NCBI GenBank assembly: GCA_032718475.1
Contig: JAUCBJ010000643.1
Span: forward strand, 1-34,671
Reading direction: 5' to 3'
Length of the DNA: 34,671 bases
Source: Nemertoderma westbladi
Lineage: Eukaryota; Animalia; Xenacoelomorpha
Positions 18,801 through 28,774 of this stretch are shown here, piece by piece. Position 1 is the first letter of the stretch. Every line of letters begins with the position of its first letter. A model generated the notes under the pieces. The model saw nothing but the letters and a program-made list of their open reading frames with translations. It was not told where the DNA came from and did not search any database. Both the position numbers and the translations under genes were made by a program.

Positions 18801-21800
18801 AAAGTCGACAAATTGTTGTTATGTTTCATTGACAGTTTCCAAGGACACGCTTCGCGAGCTTGTAGGTCACATGCAACCCGGTGTTGGTTTGGTTCACCAG
18901 ATGCCGTACTGCCAGTCCCGGCCTGGTTTTCATTCCATTATTGAACAAATTTACTTTGGAGGTAAGTCTGGGTAAGTTTTGGTAAGTTACAGTATTTTAT
19001 CGAAATAATACAAGAGTAGGCCTATTGGTTATCTGCTGTTTTGTCATTATTGAATATACATAATGTATGGAAATACATGCCGAATGCAAAAATCTGTGGG
19101 GTCTACATGTCACTGAATTACGTACGACACTATATTCCGGGACTTGGTTTAATAAATATTATCATCAGAAAATTTTGCTTCAATCTATAGGCCTACTGTA
19201 CTGTATATATTTTGTGATATTCTATAAAATGATGTGGTAATATTTAACTTCTGCCAGACGCTTTGTTAAAAACCGACGTTAAAATTTAACGTCAGTTAAA
19301 TATTCGTGTTCTATTGATTTAGGTACATGATTATACAGTATTTAACCAATGCCACACGTTTCAATTATAAGACTATAGAAAACGTTTGTTCTAAGTTATT
19401 TCATAACTTTTTCAAGCCTAAAACAGACTTACAGTAAGTCTAACGTTAGATAAGCGTAGTAAACCTAAAATATTTGCAGGGACATGCAGCTTTACTTACA
19501 GCACACCAAACCAACAACCTATAAATTTTCTTACTGTAATTAATTTTTTTCAGGTTTTCACGCCCGAACATATGTCGCATCCGCATCACTAGGTATACCT
19601 TGCGTAACCGGACAATCCTTACTCCTTCGGAAGTCGGTTCTAGAACGGATGGGCGGTTTATCATCCTTCGCCAAATATGTCGGAGAAGATTATCAACTAG
19701 CTAGACAAATTTGTGATATGTTCGTATAATTTAAACTTAAAACTCCAGTAAACAGTACAATGGAACAGTACAGTTCTGTTGTACAATACAGTAGGCATAT
19801 TGCATTTATTAATGTGATACACAGCACACCACCACCACCCACCCCTCTTTCCATCTTTCACCAACCCCTTCTGCCCCCCCCCCCCCCCCCCTCCCTCCTC
19901 CCTCACTCAAGGCTAGATTTCAACAATAAGACGACCACAGGGTGCCTCGGATAATTTGATCAGCAGTAGAGGTAGAGTTATTGAATGACACTGGATTTTA
20001 AATAAAAATAATTAATTTGAAATATTACAGTAGTTTTTAGGATAAACCGATTAGACTATATTCCATGACATTGCAAAAGCCGACTCACGCCTCTTCGAGC
20101 TCCCCAATACATTTGAATGCAAGTCCATGTAGTTATAAGTCGATAGGCCTACGAACACGTGTACCGCATATATACTAATAATTAATAAATCTAATTTCTT
20201 ATTTGATTATTTGTATTTTAGGGGTCTGACTGTCCGAATGAGTGGCCGGCCGGCGCTCCAGAATTCCGGACGATATTCTTTCGGATTGTTTTGCAATCGA
20301 ATGGAGAGGTATGTATGTATTCGTTGGTCAGAGTTTCATACACACTGCGCCATGTGTGAGGACTCAATTACATAGGCTAAGTCTTAATCGAACTTGGTAC
20401 ATAACGACGTAATGTATAATAGGATGCTGTCTGCGGGATAGTAACATCCCTAGAACAATACTTTACAGTACTAGTTAAATTAGATAACTACGTAATGGGA
20501 CTTCATGGGCAGCGTTAACTAGTCGGTCCATGATTTGGAGGTCCCATAGAATAAAACGGAACCTTAAGGTTCGATTATTTATGGCAGCAGTAGTACCAGT
20601 ACTCTTATATGGGAGTCCATGCTGGGCTCTAACCTCAGAGTATACCAAATCTCTGGACGGCACTTTCACAAGAATGTTGCGCAGGGTTCATTGGGTCAGG
20701 TACAATGAACATATCTCCAGTCAGACTCTTTACAACATTGGAGGTGTTCCATTAGTCTCCCCTAGCTTGACACTTGAACGGAACCGCCTTTGCTTTGTAG
20801 GACATTATGCTTTCGCTGTAAGGACCAGCCAGTGCATAATCGTGTGCTTTGGCGGCCTCATGCTGCGAATATGCATGGGGGACAGCCAATGACTTTCTTG
20901 AGACGCCTCTTAAAGGACACTGGCCTTGAAGATGCGGATGATCCAGCAAATGTCATGGGTGATACAGTGGAAGTTGCGGCGGCGCAATTTTGTCGACAAG
21001 CCGGCACAGCATTCTTAATATTTATGTAACATATAAATAATGCAGCAGCAATACAGCATGCCGATAACTGAACTATTGTACGTAGTATCAATACGTGAGA
21101 GTCTATCATGATTTACTGTAGACCATAAGTCATGCCATGTCCAAGGAGATGTGGCAATGGTCTTTTACAATGACTGCATAACAATACAGTGAAAGGGGAG
21201 AGAGTCGTGTGACAAGTGATTCGACTTCCCTATGTAATCTAAATAACATTCTGTATTATTTTTAATAATTTATAATAATTTTTTTGTTTTGTTAACTTTA
21301 TTTACACTCGAAGGTAATTAACATTGATTAAAACATTACTTAGGTGTAGGAACTAAAGTCAAGTTTCTAAACAAATAATAATTATTATTTGTGGTGGCGA
21401 ATTCATTTTTTCCGCTCCATTTTCTATAGAGTTGGATCTGTTTAAATTATTTAATAAAATAATAATAATATATTTCGTATATAAGTGCAATATAATAATA
21501 TTTGTTTCAGGTGGGCGAAACTTCGTCTATCAATGTTACCTATTCTGATACTAGCGGAACCCCTATCCGAAACTGCACCCTTAGGTATCTATGTATCTTT
21601 AGCCCTCTATTGTATGTTAGGAGTATCGCCTTTGTTATTCTTTGTTCTTCACTTAATCGCGTGGATGATGTTGGATTACATAAGAATATGTTTAGTTGAG
21701 GTAAGTTACCATAGAAACCTTTAAAGTTATACAACTCGCTTCATAATATATTTTAACTTCTGACTTGTGGGGCGAGCCACGAAGTTGGCGGAGCCTTAGC

Positions 21801-23403
21801 GAATTGACACTGTTAGGGGGTGGGTCAATTTAGTTCTCCAGTCTGCCGCTAGAGGGCCAAAGGTCTGAAAGTGAAATCGTTGTCGTCGTTACGATTTTGA
21901 CATGCTAATAACTTTGTCGGATTTAAAGCTGCCAAGTTGAAAATTTGTAGGTATCAATATGAGCTAAAGTTGAGATTTTTGAGAGACTTTCAGACACCAT
22001 CAGTGCAATGGTCTCCCGCTAGAGGGCCACATGTCTAAACATTAAATGCCCTCCCATTTCTTTGCTTTTAATCCGTTTAAGCTGAAACTTGGCAGATATG
22101 TATTAGACCATTAGCTGTGACTTTCAAAGGAGGCGAATCCATCTGCAGTTCTCCAGTCTGCCGCTAGAGGGCCAAATGTCTGAAAGTGAAATCGTTGTCG
22201 TCGTTATGATATTGACATGCTTATAACTTTGTCGGATTTAAAGCTGCCAAGTTGAAAATTTGTAGGTATCAATATGAGCTAAAGTTGAGATTTTTGAGAG
22301 ACTTTCAGACACCATCAGTGCAATGGTCTCCCGCTAGAGGGCCACATGTCTAAACATTAAATGCCCTCCCATTTCTTTGCTTTTAATCCGTTTAAGCTGA
22401 AACTTGGCAGATATGTATTAGACCATTAGCTGTGACTTTCAAAGGAGGCGAATCCATCTGCAGTTCTCCAGTCTGCCGCTAGAGGGCCAAATGTCTGAAA
22501 GTGAAATCGTTGTCGTCGTTATGATATTGACATGCTTATAACTTTGTCGAATTTAAAGCTGCCAAGTTGAAAATTTGTTTTGTTGAAAATCAGTTCAACA
22601 GTCACCCGCTATAGGACTACTTTATGCCTGAAAGTGAATAGATTCCCCCGTCTCATTGATTTTAATCAGTTTAAGCTGAATCTTGCCATATATTCTGGAC
22701 CACATGCTGCGTCTTTGTGGGGGGGGGGGAGATTTAATCGGTCTGCCGCTATACGACGAAATTTCTGAAAGTGAGATCCGTCTCTCATTTCGTTATCCGT
22801 TATTCAAGATGAAACTTGGCCGATGTACGTATGTACTATTCATCCATAGGCTGTGTCTTTGTGGGGCTGGAGACCCTAATCCATCTTCAGTTCTCACTAT
22901 ACCGCTAGAGTCAGAAATGTCTGAATAGAAATGAAAGAGGTAAAAAGTGATTAGGCGAAATCTGCTTAAAATTTGCTAATACAGTAATACTTTCGAATTA
23001 GTACTTAAATTAAATTTAAGTCACGTGCTGCGCGAAGGCCCCACTTCGTGTAATGACATTACTGTATGAATGCACCATTCGAGATTAGAAATATTTAATT
23101 GAATGTGTCCCGCACTCTTGAATAATAGCAGTTCGGTACAGTACAGTAGTAGGCCTATGCATTTATTATTTATGATTTTAGGGCGAATCGCTATCATTTC
23201 CGTTGTCTCATTTTGTTGTTGCTTGGTTGCTCAGGGAGCTGACCGGCCCATTTATATTCGTCAAGGCCTTATACGATCCGTATGTGAGATGGCATCATCG
23301 GATGTTCCGATTAAACTGGGGAGGAACGGCAGAGTCAATAGACGAGGAACAGACCGCGGTAGATGATAAGAAAATATACAAAACTGAAATCCACATAGTA
23401 TAA
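15727..23403 (+). CDS. UGCG: Ceramide glucosyltransferase (glucosylceramide synthase, GT21); 9 coding exons, 413 aa
   Basis: Exons 15727-15836, 16859-16994, 17528-17630, 18360-18461, 18836-18961, 19554-19719, 20222-20308, 21511-21700 and 23182-23403 sum to 1242 nt, all GT-AG and phase-compatible. N-terminal TM helix, [47 protein letters not shown] (D,D,D,RxxRW signature), AWLLRE. Confidence 0.96.
16235..16525 (+). mobile_element. 5'-truncated, decayed RTE-like LINE 3' end (UGCG intron 1)
   Basis: Colinear similarity to 20701-21018 (ATTGGAGGTGT, AGGACCAGCC.GTGCA.AAT, ATGACTTTCTT, GCAATTTTGTCGA.AAGCCGGCA.AGCATTCTT). Confidence 0.75.
16859..16994 (+). CDS. UGCG: UGCG coding exon 2
   Basis: Acceptor ttttgcag; KYIFH...[29 protein letters not shown]; donor gtgatc. 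Confidence 0.93.
17528..17630 (+). CDS. UGCG: UGCG coding exon 3
   Basis: [34 protein letters not shown]; donor gtgagt. Confidence 0.95.
17922..18190 (+). repeat. 33-bp minisatellite (14+19-bp dimer of GCTAAAGTGTCT), ~8 copies, UGCG intron 3
   Basis: Unit GCTAAAGTGTCTAG-GCTAAAGTGTCTTGTTTAA; period 33 (17960, 17993 and onward). Confidence 0.95.
18360..18461 (+). CDS. UGCG: UGCG coding exon 4
   Basis: [33 protein letters not shown]; donor gtaagt. Confidence 0.95.
18836..18961 (+). CDS. UGCG: UGCG coding exon 5
   Basis: [41 protein letters not shown]; donor gtaagt. Confidence 0.95.
19554..19719 (+). CDS. UGCG: UGCG coding exon 6
   Basis: [54 protein letters not shown]; weaker donor gttcgt. 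Confidence 0.92.
20222..20308 (+). CDS. UGCG: UGCG coding exon 7
   Basis: [28 protein letters not shown]; donor gtatgt. Confidence 0.94.
20420..21020 (+). mobile_element. 5'-truncated RTE-clade LINE fragment (RT C-terminal region), UGCG intron 7
   Basis: [31 protein letters not shown]...[12 protein letters not shown]...RL.FVGH...LWRP, typical of the RTE/BovB-like ORF C-terminus; frameshifted. Confidence 0.85.
21511..21700 (+). CDS. UGCG: UGCG coding exon 8
   Basis: [20 protein letters not shown]...[21 protein letters not shown]; donor gtaagt. Confidence 0.95.
21765..23062 (+). mobile_element. Helentron-associated (HINE/DINE-1-like) non-autonomous element with 315-bp internal tandem repeats, UGCG intron 8
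   Basis: Short subterminal inverted repeat GTGGGGC (21767-21773) / GCCCCAC (23038-23044), 3' palindrome GTAATGACATTAC (23050-23062), and core repeats rich in CCGCTAGAGGGCCA and GAAACTTGG motifs. Family assignment rests on architecture only. Confidence 0.6.
21832..22577 (+). repeat. 315-bp tandem repeat, ~2.4 near-identical copies plus a diverged tail to ~22925
   Basis: AGTTCTCCAGTCTGCCGCTAGAGGGCCAAA at 21832, 22147 and 22462. Confidence 0.95.
23182..23403 (+). CDS. UGCG: UGCG coding exon 9 (terminal)
   Basis: [37 protein letters not shown]...[10 protein letters not shown]...EIHIV*. Confidence 0.95.
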   Translation, partial: GESLSFPLSHFVVAWLLRELTGPFIFVKALYDPYVRWHHRMFRLNWGGTAESIDEEQTAVDDKKIYKTEIHIV

Positions 23404-24379
23404 TTTGATAGTCCTAAATTAGCATTGAATTGATTAAAAGTAAGAAAAGCTGAACATTTATTGATATCATTTAATTATGGTTGATTTATTTGTTCGCTTG
23501 ATATTGAAGTTCAATGTTTCTTTAATTTTGCTTTGTTTTTTTTTTATATAAAACAGACCTTACATATTGTATTAATGGAAGTTCCACTGTTGGGTGGACT
23601 GCTTGGCGAGCCACAGACCTTCTCCTGTAAATAGCTAGAAAATTGAAAGATATAGTAAATATCGAAATTACCCAAATAATTATATTCTAAACTTGAAACA
23701 TTAGGCCTACGCCTACATTACGAAGGCTTATTATACTGTATTTGACATAAACTATTTATTTTAAGGAGATAATGTACATACATAATACCAATATGAGTAA
23801 AGGCAAGTACAGCAAACGAAGAAGTAAGGAGAGCCATTATTTGTGTCATTAGGCCCCCTGTCTCGCTGTAAGATTAACAATTTCCCCTCCCAACCAACAG
23901 CGTTGATAATGATACAGTAGGCCTACACACCGATGTTTGCTAAGTCATTGATTGCAGTGTTATTGTTTTGTCTATGGTATACAGTAGCCTATTTAAGGTT
24001 GGGGTGTCTGTGGCTAGGAAACTGAGCAGTCCCCAGCTTTAGGAACTGCAAGAGATTTTCGATTATATTTTCGGTAACCGGACGTACTGTATAATTTGTT
24101 GTAATTGGAAATATTTAATATTAATATAACTAAAGAGACGCCCCCTATCGGGGCAATTAGGTAATGGGAATCGGTGAAAACGGCTTTAATTATATGATTG
24201 GATGAATAACAATAATAATGTTAGAAGGTGGATAAATATTATTGAATATTAAAGTTTTACTTCGAGGTTTCTAACCCATCATCTAATTTCTACATAAGAT
24301 TACATAATTACTTTAGTTGTTCTAAATATCTCAATGAGGGTAACATAAACGAATATACTGTACAAACATGCATATATAA

Positions 24380-25082
24380 ACGTTCGTGGGCCCTTCACGC
24401 AGCACGAGGCTCATTTATCAGATCCAGATTAAAATTGAGCAATTCTATCCCAAAATGGGTAATTAAGTAATTTAACCAACCGCCGATAACAGAATAATTC
24501 AAATAAGAGATGAACAACACCCCAACCGCAAAGGAGCGCAGAGGTTTTGAATTGTTCCTTGAACTTTAAACACCCATATCTCAGAATGACGTTTTTTCAT
24601 GAAAAAGGCTATTTCTCCGCCAATTTTCACTGAAATTAGTTGAATTTTGGTACACTTGTTAAGATTACCCTTCTCAATACTTCTGAACAAATTAGGTTGG
24701 AAATGCCCTGGAGCATATCAAAAAGGCTTAAAAAGGCCCTTTTTTGGGGCCTTTTTGTTCTAAAAAAGGCTCCAGAGCATTTGAGGTAAAATTTGTTCGG
24801 AAGAATTGGATGCAGGGTTGTTCTAAACCTATATTCCAAATTTGGGCAAATTTCAACAATTATTGGTGGAGAAATAGCCCTTGGCGCAAAAAGGCACTTT
24901 TGGCCATTACGGAGCCATTTTGGGGCCAATTTTAAAAATATTTGGTTTGGGTATTCTCACACAGTCCAGACGATGTTTAGTAGCATAAAAAATAATTTTC
25001 AACCAATTTTATGGTCCAGAGACATAAAAATGTGAGGTTCAATTTAGGGGTGCTACCCCCCCCCCCCCCCCCCCCCCTTAAC
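24380..25082 (-). mobile_element. Probable non-autonomous DNA-element relic
   Basis: The reverse complement of 24384-24407 (CGTGCTGCGTGAAGGGCCCACG) resembles the 3' end of the intron-8 element (CGTGCTGCGCGAAGGCCCCAC). Recurrent TTTTGGGGCC/AAATTTGG motifs; ends in a C-run plus TTAA. Boundaries uncertain. Confidence 0.35.
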
Positions 25083-25659
25083 AGGAAATCTGTGATTTAA
25101 AAGTAATATACTGTATGTTTAGGTGTTGAGGCAACCCAATTTGTAAAAAAATATTAAGACTTACCTTATGACGATAGTATTGATACTGAAATATTAATCT
25201 ATCATGTCAACACCTCAACGAGATAACTTAGCCTATTATTCTAAAGAATCACGATTAAATACAGAGGTACTTGTCGATACTTGTAAGGAAAGGACAGTAG
25301 GCAGATGATATGGAAGCCCATAGTATCAAACAGTAGTGGAATAATCAACTACAGTATCATATTTTCAGTCACAAGGTCTCAATATGTACAGTATTACAAA
25401 GAAATCACAACCAGCATATTTTATGCTTATTTATGCGTATTTTTATGCATGTGAGTTTTATGCGATTGAACGCAAGCTGTTGCGATATTTATGCGACATA
25501 ACTCAAGTAGGTCGCTTGCGTAAAGGGTCGGCCATAATGCTTGGGAATCACATCAGATACGCCTGCGTTGCACGCTTGCGCTCTTTTCACTGGGAAGGCA
25601 CTTGATCAGTTTCAACAGATTGTTTCAGTATCCCACATGCTGCACGAAGGAACCTGAAC

Positions 25660-25768
25660 TATGCACTTGAAAATGTGTCATCTTTCCGTGATTTAGGAGT
25701 AGAAGTTGATAGTAAGTTATATTTTGCAAATCACATTGATTTAATAACTAATAAGTGCTATGAAGTTA
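25660..25768 (+). mobile_element. CR1/L2/Jockey-like LINE RT fragment
   Basis: ENVSSFRDLGVEVDSKLYFANHIDLITNKCY matches the DLGV..D..L.F..HI..I..K motif of the RT C-terminal region; interrupted at a TTAA. Confidence 0.6.
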
Positions 25769-25772
25769 TTAA

Positions 25773-26750
25773 CCCAGGAAGGCCCAAGCCTAGGAAAAAC
25801 CTGTTCCAAACAGTCTCATTTGGGATATTACCCCAAAATGGCATAATTAAGATATATTACAACCAATAGTTCGAAATGATAAGCCATTCTAGAATTAAAG
25901 TGGGGACCGCAAATGCTGTCCGTGGGCACTGCATGGAAAAACATGGTATATACAGTATTATATTCCAACTATAATATTATTATATTACCATAATAATACG
26001 GGAAATACATATGCAATTCATTAATTATATTAATTAACTAATGGTATTAATTAATTAACTAATTTACATTAACTAATTTAACAAATTAATTAAGTAATTA
26101 TATTAATCAATTACATAATGTAATGTCATAAGTTAATATTCAGGCCTTTCCTATTATTAATCAAAACCATGAAATGCATCAAAACATGCGCCATGGAGAG
26201 GCACATGGCACCTAATGCTCGATCTAGAAAATCGACCCCACCCATGTACCTATTATAGATATTTATGACATAAGGTTGGGTGACATCCGCTTTACCCCCC
26301 TGGACACCCTTCGCCCCCTTTATCCATCTTTTTACAGTACCAACGGGATGAACACCCAGTTTGTTGCTACCTATAGTTACAATCGCGTTATCGTGCCAAC
26401 GTGTGAAATAAATCTTTCCACTAGAACGGAAATCGTAACTTCCACGTTCGTTTTCTTCATTTGCTCTACTGGTGTAAGTGGGCAGTTCTCAGTGCGATTG
26501 ACACGAACAGTCCCCGTAGCACCAAATCCGCGTTGGTTCAAGGAGATCAGTAAATTGTAACTGGTAAAAAAGTTGTCAAAGAATATGTGATATTCCTCTG
26601 GTTTGTCTATAAATTCAATACCACCCATGACCACTTTGTAACCCAATAGCGAATCTGACTTGTCCTGTTTCCCTTGATACTGTAGATGACCACATGGAAG
26701 GGGAATCCAGTTGCACTTGCAGTTATCCAGGATTTGAAACCGAACCTAAA
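25773..26750 (-). mobile_element. piggyBac transposon, 3' half (decayed transposase plus one terminus)
   Basis: Minus strand reads RFGFK.W, LGYKVV, YHIFFDNFFTS, GATGTVRVNR..NCPL and YNRYMGGVDFLD (~26225-26260). Terminus TTAA|CCC at 25769-25775. The 5' part is cut off by the 52-bp repeat. Confidence 0.85.
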
Positions 26751-27009
26751 ATAATTTCAGTTTCAACAGATTGTTTCAGTATCCCACATGCTGCACGAAG
26801 GCACCTGCACAGATTAAACAGATTGTTTCAGTATCCCACATGATGCACGAAGGCACCTTCGAACAGTTTCAACAGATTGTTTCAGTATCCCACATGCTGC
26901 ACGAAGGAACCTGAACAGTATCAACATTGTTTCAGTATCACACATGCTGCACGAAGGCACCTGAACAGTTTCAACAGATTGTTTCAGTATCCCACATTGC
27001 TGCACGAAG

Positions 27010-27627
27010 TCAGTGAGTTAATTGATGCTTATATTTGGAGAATACTTATGAATAATCGATAATTACCCTGACTTTCTTGATTATTGAGGTAAGCAGAAGG
27101 GAACATTAGTAACAATTGATTGGCTCAAATTACAGTGGTCTGTATGAATTTATGCTATTTCATAACCCCCAACGTACGTGAGCTAAATTTATCCTTATAT
27201 GTGAGTAAAATTGGTGACAGTCGTCAAATTAGCGTATTTCAGTACTATTGTCAGTAACGGGAGTGTGAACGATTAATAATACATTCCTAAAGAATGTAAA
27301 CATTTGCGTTATCTAATGACCATTCGTTGTAATTAGTATACGTCATAACTCTGTGTGGTATTTAAAGCGCAGCATCTAGAGGAACTGTTGGTGTTGGTAT
27401 TGCCCTGAAAATAAACATAGTTTTTGGAGATAATATAGTAGAGATCAATCGAATAATACAAAGTAGCCCACCCCTTTCTCTGCCATAGAATTCAGTCTCC
27501 GACACACGGTGGGTCATACGCCGCGCTAGAATGGCTTCTACTATGGCCATATTTTGTACGGGCTGTCAGACATCATAAGACACATAAATTACCAGGTTAA
27601 ACTGTTAAAGGTCTAAAAGCGCGAACA
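27010..27627 (+). mobile_element. Diverged copy of 29290-29950 (fragment related to the putative LTR of the second BEL element)
   Basis: Colinear shared blocks: TTCTTGAT, TTCCTAAAGAATG, AGGAACTG, GATCAATCGAATA, CAGTCTCC, GGTTAAACTG..AAAGGTC.AAAAGCGCGAACAAA. Confidence 0.7.
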
Positions 27628-28774
27628 AAGGCACCTAAAGAGTATCAACAGATTGTTTCAGTATCCCACATGCTGCACGAAGGCACCTGAACAGTTTCAA
27701 CAGATTGTTTCAGTATCCCACATGCTGCACGAAGGCACCTGAACAGTTTCTCTAAATGATTTATCGTGCCTTCAGCACGGCAAGCTCCTAAACGGCTTTT
27801 GTATGTATCTCAAGGTTATTTCCAAGTGCTAATTCACTTCGTTTATTGTTTTGGTTTCTCGGTGGAGATGACTGACTCAATACTGTAGCTCGCGTAAAAC
27901 ACTGTAGAATAGAACGACTTTTATTTTACGGACTTCTACAACCTTTCCAAGATACTGTAGTTCAAAAACACAGTGATTTCTATTTTCCAGATGTTATTAA
28001 TGTCTTGTGTCCGTTAGGAACCAAAGTATTCCTCGTAAACTCGAAAAATAATACACAAAATACAATCCAAAATAATACAAAAAATTAGGTCTATCAAATA
28101 GGACAAAGGACAAAAAATGACAGAAAGAAAGTCGTAATGGGTCGTAAAATACTTGGTGCGGCTTGACGTATTGGAAACTTGGCAATAGTGCAGAACACCA
28201 GGTTACTTTCTACTGTATGTCCAAACGGGGGTGGTACCTTTTTTAGATGCTATACTGTACTTTGTCCTACGACTCAACAGTATGACTGAGGTCGCACCGA
28301 TGAGCCAGCAGGTAAAGCGCGCAAGCACTACCGTATGGCTGGTTGAGCCAAAAACCCAAAAAGATACTGCTACTTTGTCCTCACAGTTGGTCCTGTGATA
28401 AAATGAGAAGTAGAGACTGAGGAGTAAGCAACCCTCTAGTGCGCAAGCACTAGAAGGTTGGTTTTGGCCTTATTTCAGTATCGCCCAATAATCCCACATG
28501 CTGCACGAATGCATATGAACAGTTTCAACAGATTGTTTCAGTATCCCAAATGCAGCGCGAAAACCATTTTCACCATTTCCACAAACTGTTTCAGATCACA
28601 GTATATATTGAAGTGCAGACATCACTTCACATTCTGATAATATTTATTGAGATTCTACCTTTGCTTTCGAGATATACTGTAGTTTTACATACAGTAGAAG
28701 ATAGAACAGACGGGATGATTCTAAATTAGGAAAACTGTAAAGGCTTTTGCGTAATTAGCCGGTTATTTTCCCCG

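Larger units (their letters stand above)
25593..28560 (+). repeat. 52-bp repeat (CAGTTTCAACAGATTGTTTCAGTATCCCACATGCTGCACGAAGGCACCTGAA) in four separated blocks
   Basis: Blocks at about 25593-25659 (1.3 units), 26758-27009 (~5), 27628-27750 (~2.4) and 28473-28560 (~1.6), all in the same orientation. Confidence 0.93.

Noticed and set aside
26814-27062. Cys-containing repeat peptides
   Set aside because: These are translations of the 52-bp repeat, whose length is not a multiple of 3.
28371-28425. Hammerhead core (GTC...CTGAGGA)
   Set aside because: No GAAA follows a stem II. The structure is reported as an unclassified element instead.
25593-28560. CRISPR-like repeat-spacer array
   Set aside because: Units are 52 bp and mostly head-to-tail without spacers, the intervening segments are 0.6-1.1 kb, there are no cas genes, and the context is eukaryotic.
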